Program-made: the position numbers and the translations under genes
In this document: piece by piece, positions 50,558 to 60,391 of the stretch
Numbering within the stretch: position 1 is the stretch's first letter
Layout of the letters: each line of letters opens with the position of its first letter
Assembly: GCA_945860535.1 (NCBI GenBank)
Contig: CAMAQN010000001.1
Location: 55,236-119,235, forward strand
Direction of reading: 5' to 3'
DNA from: Auritidibacter sp. Marseille-P8566
GTDB taxonomy: Bacteria; Actinomycetota; Actinomycetes; Actinomycetales; Microbacteriaceae
Length of the DNA: 64,000 nucleotides
Notes under the pieces: generated by a model
Seen by the model: the letters and a program-made list of their open reading frames with translations, nothing else
The model's database searches: none
What the model was told of the DNA's origin: nothing

Positions 50558-51121
50558 TTATGGCTTGCTAGAAACCAAATCTTTAACTTGCTTGACGTAA
50601 ATAAAACCTGCCAACCAATACAGTCCAACTCCCCAGATAGCAAAGCCCCAGGAAAGCGGCAGGATTATGAATTCGGCTGCTGGCCAAAGGTCGGATAACA
50701 GCATCAATGGCAGTGCGTACAGCAGTGCAAAGGTTCCTGCTTTTCCGAGGAAGTTGACCGGCAGTGGTCCATATCCGTGGGTAGCCAAAACCGGGTAGAC
50801 ACTCAACAACATGACATCCCTGGCGATCACTGCAATTGCCAGCCACAGCGGAACGTTGCCATTGATCACAAGGCCGATCAAGCTAGCAAAAATGTAAAGC
50901 CGGTCGGCTGCAGGATCCAAAACTCTACCCAGCTCAGTTATCTGGTTGAAGCGCCTGGCTATTTGGCCATCCAGCCAGTCCGATGCTCCGGCAAAAGCCA
51001 AGACACCAAAAGCCCAAAACGTGTGGTCATTTAGTAGTAGCCAGAGAAAAACCGGCACCAAGACAAGGCGCAAAATACTGAGCATGTTTGGAATGCTGCG
51101 TAGCTCTTGCCGAAGGCTCAT
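50558..51121 (-). CDS. CDP-alcohol phosphatidyltransferase
   Basis: IPNMLS and DWLDGQIAR...G..LDPAAD motif. Confidence 0.93.
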   Translation of the reverse strand: MSLRQELRSIPNMLSILRLVLVPVFLWLLLNDHTFWAFGVLAFAGASDWLDGQIARRFNQITELGRVLDPAADRLYIFASLIGLVINGNVPLWLAIAVIARDVMLLSVYPVLATHGYGPLPVNFLGKAGTFALLYALPLMLLSDLWPAAEFIILPLSWGFAIWGVGLYWLAGFIYVKQVKDLVSSKP

Positions 51122-51190
51122 GAGCCAGATTCTAATGGGGAGGGGTTATAAACCCGTTCAGCTCATAGGCGCTTTGGTCAAGTTCGCAAG

Positions 51191-53479
51191 TTAGCCCTTG
51201 AATGTGAGAACTACTCGCTTAGACAGGACCACTTTTGCGGTTACCTTGGATTGAACCCAGGTTCTTGCATCAGGAAGAACTAACTTCACTCCAGCGCATG
51301 CAGCCTTTGCCCTAAGCCTTACAAAAACGCGCTGATTATGAGTCATGTCCTTTGTGGTGATGGCGGTACAGACAATGCGAGTGGCCCCCGAGCCAGATAG
51401 TAACTTCGAGATGTATCTGCGTTGAGTGGAATTCAAGCTCGTCCGCTCACTGAAAAACTTTGGTATCAAGAAGCTCTTACCTAACAGAGCGAACGTGCCT
51501 AACGATCTAATCGTGACCGCTTGTTGCGAGACAAAGCGGCCAGAGCCTGATTCCAGAATCAGGTCATATTTGCCCAGTGGAATATCTCTTGGCACGAGAA
51601 CACTTAGTCTCGAATCTGAAGCCGCCGAAATGGTGGCACTGTAACTTCCTAGGAACAATCGCTGAACCAAATCTAAGGCTTGCCCCGAGATTGTGAAAAC
51701 GGCTGCCGGTGATGCTGTGTAAGAGCCGGTCGTGGAAGGGCTTCGATCAGACCCCTGTCCTGAGGAGTTTCCGCTGCTGGTGGAACTGGCTGTCGATGAA
51801 CTTGAGTTTGGACCAGGCGGTGTCTCATTAGGATTCGGTGCCAATGGCGGAGTTGTGACCTCCGGGTTTTGAACAATCACAATTGGGCAGCTATCCGACC
51901 TGAGATTCACGCCCGGTGACAGTGAACGTAACTTGGGAGTGGGGTTTGTCTCTGAGCAATCAAAACCCCAAACATTTGCAAAATCCCAGCCGACATATAG
52001 CTCCCGATTCCGGAACGCAGAGAGCAATGTGGTTGCGGACTTACTGGAGGGAGGTGTTGTGAAGGAAGAACTAAACACCCCAGATCCAACTGCAAGCAGG
52101 CCGTCTATCGGAGTAGCGCCCGGAGAGAGAGTTGAGTAGCTATTGATAAGCCAGTCCTGTGTTTGGGTGAATGACCCTTGGTTGTAGGAGTTCACCACAA
52201 GCGCTGGATTAGTTGAGTTTTGGATTAATCCGCTGAGCCTAGAGTCCCCACGAATCTGACCTGAATTGTAAGAGTTTGCGATCGAAGTTGAAAAAGCTTG
52301 GGCGACCAAGCCGGCTACTCGACCATCGCGACCGTCAATGGTTCCCTTGTTCTGCGATTCAACAATGGTCGCCGAGAAGGCGTTGGCAACTAATCCGGCT
52401 ACTCTTCCTCCCCAGACGTTGATGTCTGCAAAGTTTGAGGACTTAGAAATGTGAACGCTGCCGCCGTCGGCTATAAGGCCCGCTACTAGGGAACCATCTG
52501 TAAGTGCATAAGCAGAACCACCTGAAATCGCACCCCGATTCAAAGACATGGAGATGGTTGCGACCGAGGCCGATCCGACGAAGCCTCCGACGTTAGTGAC
52601 ACCTTCTATTTTTCCAAGGTTTGTTGAGTTTGATATTTCTATCGAGCTGGCAATACCTGCAAAACCTCCACTGTCAACACAGTCGGAACGCGCTGCGGAT
52701 TGAACAGACATGGAATTCGTAGAGTGGGCGATGCTCGCACTTCCCGAGACCCAACCGAAAAACCCACCTACCTCTCCACACGCTGCATTGCTACCCAAGG
52801 TTGCTGAATTTGAAACCAGCGCATGGTCAACTGTTCCGACTAAACCCCCAGAACGAATACCGCCAGACACTGTCGCGGTAACAGCAACATTGGAAATTGC
52901 CAGAGTTCCTGAGGATCGTGCGGCGAGGGTCCCGGTCGAATACTCTAAGTTCAACTCTTCGCCTGCCGGCAGATTGATTCCCGAGAAGATTCCCGAGATC
53001 GATGTATTTCTAATGCTGGCGTTGCTGAGCCAGGCGAAAAGGCCCGCCGATGCAACCTTAGACGCGGTTACCGCGGTGGGGTCAGCCGAGGCTCTGAGGT
53101 TTGTGATTGAGTATCCCTGGCCATCAAATGTGCCCTCAAATTTGTTGATCACGCCAAAGGCTATGTAGCCAATAGGGCGAAGCGTGAAGGAATTCGCAAG
53201 GTTGATCGGCTGTATATCTGCAACCAGCTTGTAGTGCCCTCCCGGTGCTTGTGCTTCACAGTCGGTAACTTCCCAAAGCGATGCGGAATCGCTGATCTGC
53301 CAAGGATCCCCGGCGGATCCAGAACCTTGATACCCAGCCGTAGCAAGATTGCAAACAGAATCATTGATTGTTATGGCAGCCGGATTCGTTGCCGCTAAAG
53401 AGGCAGGGACGGCAATGTACGAGCAAAGAAAGGCGACTATAAGGGCAATGCTGCGCCCGGCACGATACTTTGAAAGCAT
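51191..53479 (-). CDS. Secreted/surface protein with GLUG-like beta-helix repeats, Pro/Ser linker and basic C-terminal domain
   Basis: Signal peptide (basic N-region, hydrophobic core, ASLA); GSGSAGDPWQI and FEGTFDGQGYSITNL starts; repeated GGLVG/AGLVA...ISNSxNxG units; GWDFANVW cap; P/S/T-rich linker. Confidence 0.75.
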   Translation of the reverse strand: MLSKYRAGRSIALIVAFLCSYIAVPASLAATNPAAITINDSVCNLATAGYQGSGSAGDPWQISDSASLWEVTDCEAQAPGGHYKLVADIQPINLANSFTLRPIGYIAFGVINKFEGTFDGQGYSITNLRASADPTAVTASKVASAGLFAWLSNASIRNTSISGIFSGINLPAGEELNLEYSTGTLAARSSGTLAISNVAVTATVSGGIRSGGLVGTVDHALVSNSATLGSNAACGEVGGFFGWVSGSASIAHSTNSMSVQSAARSDCVDSGGFAGIASSIEISNSTNLGKIEGVTNVGGFVGSASVATISMSLNRGAISGGSAYALTDGSLVAGLIADGGSVHISKSSNFADINVWGGRVAGLVANAFSATIVESQNKGTIDGRDGRVAGLVAQAFSTSIANSYNSGQIRGDSRLSGLIQNSTNPALVVNSYNQGSFTQTQDWLINSYSTLSPGATPIDGLLAVGSGVFSSSFTTPPSSKSATTLLSAFRNRELYVGWDFANVWGFDCSETNPTPKLRSLSPGVNLRSDSCPIVIVQNPEVTTPPLAPNPNETPPGPNSSSSTASSTSSGNSSGQGSDRSPSTTGSYTASPAAVFTISGQALDLVQRLFLGSYSATISAASDSRLSVLVPRDIPLGKYDLILESGSGRFVSQQAVTIRSLGTFALLGKSFLIPKFFSERTSLNSTQRRYISKLLSGSGATRIVCTAITTKDMTHNQRVFVRLRAKAACAGVKLVLPDARTWVQSKVTAKVVLSKRVVLTFKG

Positions 53480-53606
53480 CCGCTATCGCCTCTGATCAAT
53501 TGCAAGCTGGTGTCCCGACGATCGGGTATCCGTAGGGTTAGCCTAACTTGGCAGGCCGACAAAACCTTGGAGATTTGAGGCACTCTCAGGAAAACCAAAG
53601 AGTGTG

Positions 53607-53683
<77 letters not shown>

Positions 53684-53719
53684 TTGTCTAACAACCCCTG
53701 AAGTCTAGTTGGGCTGGTG

Positions 53720-53945
53720 CTAAGAATTGAAACCTAGGGAACTCATTCACTTTTGGATCGCTGCCCCCGATGACTCTCGAGGAGCCAGTGAACTGGGTGC
53801 CGTGAGCAAGGTCCAGCACTTCGGCATCTAATTTTTGGGTGTCGGTATCGTAAAGCGCTATTTCGCTCGCAACCTCTTTGATCAGAAGTGCCTACGCTGT
53901 TGCAGTTCCAACAGCCCCTGCTCCAACCACGGAGATTTTGGACAT
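53720..53945 (-). pseudogene. ldh: L-lactate dehydrogenase remnant (in-frame TAG plus large deletion)
   Basis: Manual translation: [65 protein letters not shown], with GxGxxG Rossmann and DLAHG LDH signature. ATG overlaps the der stop (TAATG). Confidence 0.85.
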
Positions 53946-55408
53946 TACTTGCCGCGCTTTCTGCGCTCTCTAACTCGAACACCAATCTCAATTGGGCTGC
54001 CCTCAAAACCATAGGTTTCGCGAAGTTTGCGAATGATAAAGCGGCGGTAACCGGCTTCAATAAATCCAGTTGCAAAAAGCACAAACTTTGGTGGCCTAGA
54101 TGCTGCCTGGGTTCCGAACAGGATTCTCGGCTGCTTACCGCCACGAATTGGGTGTGGGGTTGCTGCCTGCAGTTCCTGCAGGAAAGCATTTAGCTTTCCA
54201 GTTGGAATTCTGGTGTCCCATGACTCAAGCGCTAGTTCAAGGGCAGGAACAAGCTTCTCCAGGTGGCGACCGGTAAGCGCCGAGAGGTTTACCCTCGGGG
54301 CCCAGTCAACGTGGGCTAGGTCGCGATCGATTTCCTTCTCGAGGTAGATGCGTCGCTCTTCGTCTAGTAGGTCCCACTTGTTGAATGCAAGAACTAGTGC
54401 ACGCCCTGAGTCAAGACCGAGCTGCACGATACGGATGTCGGCTTCGCTGATTGCTTCGGTGACATCGAAGAGCACTACCGCCACCTCGGAGCGCTCCAAA
54501 GCGGTGGCGGTGCGAAGTGACGCGTAGAAATCAGCACCTTCAACGCGGTGCATCTTGCGTCTAATACCTGCGGTATCAATGAATCTCCAGATTCGCCCGG
54601 AGATCTCAACCTGCTCATCGATTGGGTCACGGGTGGTGCCCGCCATCGCATTTACAACAGCACGGTTGGTTCCGGTTGCCTTATTCAAAAGTGATGACTT
54701 GCCAACATTTGGTCGACCGATAAGGGCAACTCGACGAGGGCCAGAAAATTCATCGGCTGCAATCGCTGATTTTTCAGGTAGCACCTTTAGGACACCATCC
54801 AGAAGGTCTGCCACTCCCCTACCGTGAAGCGCTGAAACTGGGTAAGGCTCGCCTAGTCCCAAGCTCCAAAGTGCGTGAGCCTCCGGGTCAAGGTGAGCAT
54901 CGTCAATCTTGTTGGCAACCAAAAGCACAGGCTTACCGGAACCGCGCAGCATCTTGACCACGCGCTCATCCGATGCGGTAGGTCCCACTAGGGCATCAAC
55001 CACGAACAAAACTGCATCCGCAAGATCCACAGCGATCTCAGCCTGCTCGGCTACCGATGCATCGATACCAGAGGCATCGTGCTCCCAACCACCGGTATCT
55101 ACCAGGGTGATTGATCGGCCATTCCACTCTGCGCGGTATGAAACTCGGTCACGGGTGATTCCAGGCTTGTCTTCAACAACAGCCTCGCGACGACCAAGGA
55201 TACGATTTACCAGCGCGGACTTACCCACGTTTGGTCTTCCAACAATTGCCAATACTGGAGGTGAAGGGCGATAGCCATCTTGGTACTCTTCGTCGAGGTC
55301 AAGCTCGAGGAGCCCGAAGTCCTCTTCGTCTAAGTCATACTGCGTCAACTCTTCGCGCAGAACTTGCGCCTGAGCTTCAGCCAATACTGGATCGAACTCT
55401 TCAGCCAT
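53945..55408 (-). CDS. der: Ribosome biogenesis GTPase Der
   Basis: Two GRPNVGKS G-domains, NKID/NKWD, KH-like C-terminus. Confidence 0.97.
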   Translation of the reverse strand: MAEEFDPVLAEAQAQVLREELTQYDLDEEDFGLLELDLDEEYQDGYRPSPPVLAIVGRPNVGKSALVNRILGRREAVVEDKPGITRDRVSYRAEWNGRSITLVDTGGWEHDASGIDASVAEQAEIAVDLADAVLFVVDALVGPTASDERVVKMLRGSGKPVLLVANKIDDAHLDPEAHALWSLGLGEPYPVSALHGRGVADLLDGVLKVLPEKSAIAADEFSGPRRVALIGRPNVGKSSLLNKATGTNRAVVNAMAGTTRDPIDEQVEISGRIWRFIDTAGIRRKMHRVEGADFYASLRTATALERSEVAVVLFDVTEAISEADIRIVQLGLDSGRALVLAFNKWDLLDEERRIYLEKEIDRDLAHVDWAPRVNLSALTGRHLEKLVPALELALESWDTRIPTGKLNAFLQELQAATPHPIRGGKQPRILFGTQAASRPPKFVLFATGFIEAGYRRFIIRKLRETYGFEGSPIEIGVRVRERRKRGK

Positions 55409-56039
55409 GCTTCACCACCTCTACCAATCTCAATACTTCAGCCACGCTGGATTCAAAATCCAAGTCAGTGGTATCAACTAAAAAAACACCTTCGGCCGCA
55501 ATCATGAACTCGACAACCTTTGAATCGGAAGCGTCACGGGCCTTGAGGTTCTCAGCACTCTCGCTGTTTTCTAAACCTCTCCTAGCGAGCCTAACGGCCT
55601 CACTCGCAGTAAGCAATATTCGCACCTCGGCAGCTGGGGCAACAACGGTTGTAATGTCGCGACCTTCAACCACAATTCCAGGCATATCGCAGGCCCCAAT
55701 TAGCGCTCTGGCGTCCTCGAGCTGGAACTTTCGAACCTCGGGCAGTTTTGCTATTTGGCTTACCGCGCTTGCGACCCGCTCAGTTCTAATCTCAGCTGTC
55801 ACGTCTTCGTCACCGAGCATCACCTCTGGGTGGTCCGGATCAAGGGAAATGGCATAGTCGAAACTCTCAAACAGCTGCTGGATATCTTGATCGGGGTTGT
55901 TTAGCCCATGAAGCGCAAGTGCTCGGTAGCCGGCACCGGTGTCAAGGTAACCGAACCCCAAGCGCCTAGCGACCTCTTTTGACACGCTGGACTTACCAGA
56001 GCCAGCTGGTCCGTCAATCGCAATTACAAACTCGGCCAC
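55401..56039 (-). CDS. cmk: Cytidylate kinase
   Basis: [19 protein letters not shown] and EGRDI motifs. Confidence 0.96.
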   Translation of the reverse strand: MAEFVIAIDGPAGSGKSSVSKEVARRLGFGYLDTGAGYRALALHGLNNPDQDIQQLFESFDYAISLDPDHPEVMLGDEDVTAEIRTERVASAVSQIAKLPEVRKFQLEDARALIGACDMPGIVVEGRDITTVVAPAAEVRILLTASEAVRLARRGLENSESAENLKARDASDSKVVEFMIAAEGVFLVDTTDLDFESSVAEVLRLVEVVKHG

Positions 56040-57106
56040 TAGACCAACCGCCAGCCGTTCGAGACCAATTGCTCCGAAAGCTTTACCGCAACCTCTGGCA
56101 CAACCTGAAGTTCGACCAAGCCAATTGGAGCACCTGGTGAGTGCTCAAGGTTTAGATCCTCAAGGTTGACACCGATCTCGCCAATAAAGGTCAACAGACT
56201 TGCTAGCGCACCCGGGGCATCCTCGATAACCACGGTGACGACCTGGTAATTCGAACTCTTGCCACCGTGCTTACCCGGAATACGTGCAACGCCAGAATTA
56301 CCGCCTTGCAACAGGGCGTGAATCTTGGCCAGACTTCCAGAGCGGTCAATGTTTGCAACCGATTCAGATAACTGTGCAAGGTCTTGCTGCAGCATTGAAA
56401 GTAGCGGTGAAATCGAATCGGAGTTCTGGGAGATTATCTGCACCCAAAGTTCTGGGTCGCTGGCGGCGATTCTCGAGGTGTCCCTAAGGCCCTGCCCTGA
56501 AAGCCCGAGCTGGTCTGGGGTGCCAAGGTTTAGCCTGTTTGCCAATAGCGAAGCCACCAGTTGTGGCAGGTGAGAAACCATAGCTACTGCCTCATCATGC
56601 TCAGTTGCATTTAGTTCAACCGGCAACGCACCCAGACGCAAAGCCACATCCCGGATTAGCTCGATAGCTTCTGGCGATGAGTCTTTTGACGGGGTGATGA
56701 TCCAGGGTCTGGCAAAAAACAAATCCGCGCGAGCAGCTGAAGGACCGCCCTTTTCTCGACCAGCCATTGGGTGTGAGCCAATGTAGCGGTGAGCGTGATC
56801 AGGGAGTGCAAGCGCCACATCCTGGGCAACCTTGCTCTTGACCGAAGCAACGTCGGTAACAATGGCCGCCGGGTGCTGTTGGAGCTGCTCAATAACGACA
56901 TCCGCGGTCATGTCCGGCGGCACACAAACGATTACTAGATCTGGCTCTGGGCCAGATTCGACTCCGGCACCATACTCAATCGCTAGTCGCAGGTTTGCTT
57001 TGGACTGATCTTCCAATGTGGCAATGACTGATTGCCTTGCCAACGCCAAGCCAAGGCTGGTGCCTAACAGGCCAGCCCCAACAATTTTGATTTCCGGGTT
57101 TTTCAC
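56039..57106 (-). CDS. tyrA: Prephenate dehydrogenase with C-terminal ACT domain
   Basis: GAGLLG, DVASVK, HPMAGRE and SHLPQ motifs; ACT domain. Confidence 0.94.
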   Translation of the reverse strand: MKNPEIKIVGAGLLGTSLGLALARQSVIATLEDQSKANLRLAIEYGAGVESGPEPDLVIVCVPPDMTADVVIEQLQQHPAAIVTDVASVKSKVAQDVALALPDHAHRYIGSHPMAGREKGGPSAARADLFFARPWIITPSKDSSPEAIELIRDVALRLGALPVELNATEHDEAVAMVSHLPQLVASLLANRLNLGTPDQLGLSGQGLRDTSRIAASDPELWVQIISQNSDSISPLLSMLQQDLAQLSESVANIDRSGSLAKIHALLQGGNSGVARIPGKHGGKSSNYQVVTVVIEDAPGALASLLTFIGEIGVNLEDLNLEHSPGAPIGLVELQVVPEVAVKLSEQLVSNGWRLV

Positions 57107-57465
57107 TGGGCTAGATCAGCCCTAAGTGCAGTTGCGCCGCGCAAATAAACATGCTTAATCTCGGAGCGGGAAAGTTTGGTCTCTATGTGCATCATGAGGC
57201 GAATGACTCGAGGCATAGAGCCTGCGACAGCCATTTCTACCGAGCACATAAGTGGCACATCGCCTAAACCGAGCTCTCTGGCGGCGAGCGCCGGAAACTC
57301 ACTCACGAGGTCAGGAGTTGCGGTGAACCAAATCGAAATCAGGTCGGCAAGATCGAGGTTGTTCTCGTGTAGCACCTTGGTTACCAGTTCAGCGGTGCCC
57401 TTGAGTAGTTCAGAACGCTCGTCCTGACTGATCTGGATGGCTCCCCTAATTGCGCGAACGGCCAT
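57103..57465 (-). CDS. aroH: Chorismate mutase, AroH class
   Basis: VRAIRGA, FTATPDL..FPA.AAR and HVYL.GA.LR.DL motifs. Confidence 0.94.
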   Translation of the reverse strand: MAVRAIRGAIQISQDERSELLKGTAELVTKVLHENNLDLADLISIWFTATPDLVSEFPALAARELGLGDVPLMCSVEMAVAGSMPRVIRLMMHIETKLSRSEIKHVYLRGATALRADLAQ

Positions 57466-58226
57466 TAGCGCCTCTTTCTAGGTACTTCTTTCCCGGTGGC
57501 AGCTTCCATAAGCATGCTCACCTCAAGTTTACTCAACTCACGGAACTGACCGGGCTTGAGATTACCTAAGCGCATTGGCCCAAAGCTCTTTCTGGTGAGA
57601 TCCAATACCGGGAAGCCAACCGCTTCCATCATGCGGCGAACCACTCGGTTCTTACCGGAGTGCAAAACTAGCTCGATCAAGGAGGTCTGCTCGTTCTGGT
57701 CTATCACCCTTGCGCTGTCCGCTTGAGCCAGCCCATCCTCCAGCTTCACGCCATCCTTGAGCTTCTGCATCTCAACTCTGGTGATCTTGCCTCTTACCTT
57801 TGCGACATAAAGCTTCTGAACGCCAAACGATGGGTGCGCTAGCTCATTAGCAAGCTCGCCGTCATTGGTCATCAGGATTAGCCCCGTGGTCTCGGCATCT
57901 AGGCGACCGATGTTGAATACTCGGTCAAAGCCAATAAAGTAATCCGCCAAACAGGGTCTGCCGTTTTCGTCCGCCATGGTCGAAACCACACCTTTTGGCT
58001 TGTGGAAGGCAAGGTAAATGCGCTCTGGGTCTAACTGCCAAGGCCTGCCGTCAACCATTACCTGGTCAGCCTCAGGGAAGATCCGGGTGCCGAGCTCTTT
58101 TACGACCTTGCCATTTACCTTGATGCGACCCTTGACGATCATTTCCTCAACGGCTCGGCGAGATGCCACTCCCGCGGCAGCCAGTACTTTTTGTAGGCGT
58201 ACGCCTTCGTTCTCAGTCAATGTCAT
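57465..58226 (-). CDS. RsuA/RluB-family pseudouridine synthase
   Basis: RLQKVLAAAGVASRR S4 domain; GRLDAETTGL catalytic motif. Confidence 0.93.
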   Translation of the reverse strand: MTLTENEGVRLQKVLAAAGVASRRAVEEMIVKGRIKVNGKVVKELGTRIFPEADQVMVDGRPWQLDPERIYLAFHKPKGVVSTMADENGRPCLADYFIGFDRVFNIGRLDAETTGLILMTNDGELANELAHPSFGVQKLYVAKVRGKITRVEMQKLKDGVKLEDGLAQADSARVIDQNEQTSLIELVLHSGKNRVVRRMMEAVGFPVLDLTRKSFGPMRLGNLKPGQFRELSKLEVSMLMEAATGKEVPRKRR

Positions 58227-58761
58227 CCTGTCCCGGCAAATACGGGCTGATGGCCGGTAGTTCCTCGATTGAATTAATACCTAAAACCTCAAGCAGCATC
58301 TCGGTTGATCCGAACATCGCAGCTCCGGTCTCGGCATCGGTGTATAGCTCAGTAATCAAACCTCTTGAAAGCAAGGTTCGAACCACCGAGTCAACGTTTA
58401 CGCCACGAATTGAAGAAACCTGCCCGCGCGAAATCGGCTGCCTATAGGCAATTACCGCCAAGGTCTCAAGCGCAGCTTGAGATAGCTTGGCTGGGTTCTC
58501 ATTGGCAACCAAAAGCTTTACCGCCCAGTCGTGCTGGGGCCTTACGTAAAGCCGCCAGCCGCCGCCAACCTCGCGCAGTTCAAAACCGCGACCCAGGCCA
58601 TCGTTAGCACTTTGGTACTCCTCGACCAAGCCCTCAAGCTCGTTCTTCACCTGAGCAATTGGCACTTCAAGTGCTCCGGCGAGGGTTGCAAGATTTAGCG
58701 GAGTCTCGGCAACAGTCAGGATCGCCTCAAGGGCTGCGCGTAAGGCGAAGTCAGTCGCCAT
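58213..58761 (-). CDS. scpB: SMC-Scp complex subunit ScpB
   Basis: LSQAALETLAVIAYRQP and IRGVN motifs. Confidence 0.95.
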   Translation of the reverse strand: MATDFALRAALEAILTVAETPLNLATLAGALEVPIAQVKNELEGLVEEYQSANDGLGRGFELREVGGGWRLYVRPQHDWAVKLLVANENPAKLSQAALETLAVIAYRQPISRGQVSSIRGVNVDSVVRTLLSRGLITELYTDAETGAAMFGSTEMLLEVLGINSIEELPAISPYLPGQDDID

Positions 58762-59554
58762 AGTCCGCCCCTAACATTCCAAGTGAATCCATTGCAAAAG
58801 TCTTATCCTCCCAGACCACGGTGAAATCCGCGAATGGATCGCTCTGGTGGAAACTTGCCGCACCAACCCTGTAGAGCTCCAAAATGCCCAAAAATCTCGC
58901 GACAAGTTCTGCCCGGTCGGCGCAATCGGAAATCAATTCACGGAAGGTCAAACTTCCAGCCTTGCGCAATCGCTCCACCATGATTCTTGACTGCTCGCGA
59001 ATCGAGACCTTCGATGCGTGCAGGTGGGTCAGCCCAACTCCTGGAATCTCGCGCGGAGCAAATGCCAACTGCGCGATCTGGGCAAACTCCGCAAGCGAAG
59101 TCCCCCACTGCAGCTGCGGGCGGGCATTGCGGAATCTCTCCTCAAGCCTGACCTCGCGTGGAATTCGGGTTGATTCAATTTCCAGGGAGGTACCAAACCA
59201 GCTGGCAATCTCCTTGAAGGCGCGATACTGCAGCAGCTTGGCAAACAAGATGTCTCGCGCCTCTAGCAGTGCAATGTCTTCAGCATCCACAACTTCACCC
59301 TGTGGCAATAGCGATGCGATCTTGAGATCAAGCAGGGTTGCCGCCACAACTAAGAATTCCGAAGCACTTTCGATACCGGCTTGTTCGTCGAGCTTCTTTA
59401 CAAACTGAATGAAGTCGTCGGTGACCTTAGCCAGTGAGACGGTTGTGATGTCCAGCTCGTGCTTGCCAATAAGTCGAAGCAAAAGGTCAAATGGACCTTC
59501 AAAGTTTTCTAGCTGTAGCTGAAAATCAATCTCTGACTCAAGCTGAACAGCCAC
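58751..59554 (-). CDS. scpA: Kleisin ScpA
   Basis: FEGPFDLLL, SEFLVVAATLL and RFLGILEL motifs. Confidence 0.95.
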   Translation of the reverse strand: MAVQLESEIDFQLQLENFEGPFDLLLRLIGKHELDITTVSLAKVTDDFIQFVKKLDEQAGIESASEFLVVAATLLDLKIASLLPQGEVVDAEDIALLEARDILFAKLLQYRAFKEIASWFGTSLEIESTRIPREVRLEERFRNARPQLQWGTSLAEFAQIAQLAFAPREIPGVGLTHLHASKVSIREQSRIMVERLRKAGSLTFRELISDCADRAELVARFLGILELYRVGAASFHQSDPFADFTVVWEDKTFAMDSLGMLGADYGD

Positions 59555-60362
59555 GGCTCACCAGCTCCCTGGCAACCCGGCGGTAGTCCTCGGCGGCATC
59601 AGAGCTAGGTGCGAAATCGGTAATTGGCTTTCTGGCGACGGTTGCGTCAGGGAACTTAACTGTTCTTCCAATTGCGGTGTGGAAGACCTGGCCAGCGAAA
59701 GCCTCCTGCAAACGCTCCAAAACCTCACGTGAGTGCAAGGTCCTGAAATCGTGCATGGTTGGAATCAAGCCATCAAGTTTCAGGGTCGGATTTGTCCTTG
59801 CCTTTACCTTCTCGATGGTCTGGACCAAAAGCGCAACGCCACGAAGCGCGAAGAACTCGGTTGCCATTGGAATCAAGACTCCATGCGCTGCGGTCAGGGC
59901 GTTTACGGTCAAAAGGCCGAGCGATGGTTGGCAGTCAATGAAGATTACGTCGTATTCGTCCTTGACCTTGTTCAAAATTCCATCGAGAACACGCTCGCGA
60001 CCCATTTCGGTCACTAGGTTCATCTCGGCAGCCGATAGGTCAATGTTCGCGGGAATGACATCTAGGTTGGGAATCGAAGTCTTTTGGATCGCATCGTGTG
60101 GATCCATGGTGACGTTCATCATCAAGTCATAGATGGTTGCGGCATCTTGGTAATCGGCGTCAAGGTTGACCGACAGCGCACCCTGCGGGTCAAAGTCGAC
60201 AACTAGAATCTTGCGACCGTAGTCAGCTAGCGATGCGGCCAGATTGATGGTGGTCGTGGTTTTACCAACGCCGCCTTTTTGATTGCACATTGCAATAATG
60301 CGTGCCGGACCGTGCTCTTTGAGCTTGGCCGGAACTGGGAATTCCTTCTTAGAGAGATTCAC
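59538..60362 (-). CDS. ParA/Soj-family ATPase (Rv1708-like)
   Basis: NQKGGVGKTTT, DFDPQG and IDCQPSLG motifs; GTG 60362 follows GGAGG. Confidence 0.93.
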   Translation of the reverse strand: MNLSKKEFPVPAKLKEHGPARIIAMCNQKGGVGKTTTTINLAASLADYGRKILVVDFDPQGALSVNLDADYQDAATIYDLMMNVTMDPHDAIQKTSIPNLDVIPANIDLSAAEMNLVTEMGRERVLDGILNKVKDEYDVIFIDCQPSLGLLTVNALTAAHGVLIPMATEFFALRGVALLVQTIEKVKARTNPTLKLDGLIPTMHDFRTLHSREVLERLQEAFAGQVFHTAIGRTVKFPDATVARKPITDFAPSSDAAEDYRRVARELVSRGCSA

Positions 60363-60391
60363 CGGTGCCTCCAACTTTTTCTCCCATTAGC

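Noticed and set aside
53480-53606. Riboswitch or att-site duplication between tRNA-Pro and the surface protein gene
   Set aside because: Only short hairpins and a 7-nt TCAAATC echo of the tRNA T-loop; no recognisable c-di-AMP or other aptamer core, and no tRNA 3' duplication at the far side (51122-51190).
53892-53894. In-frame TAG in ldh as possible recoding or readthrough
   Set aside because: TAG is used as a normal stop throughout the window, and the gene lacks its catalytic domain, so readthrough would not yield an enzyme.
53743-54189. 148-aa minus-strand ORF spanning the der end
   Set aside because: Alternative frame over der and the ldh remnant; the real signal is the LDH frame starting at 53945.
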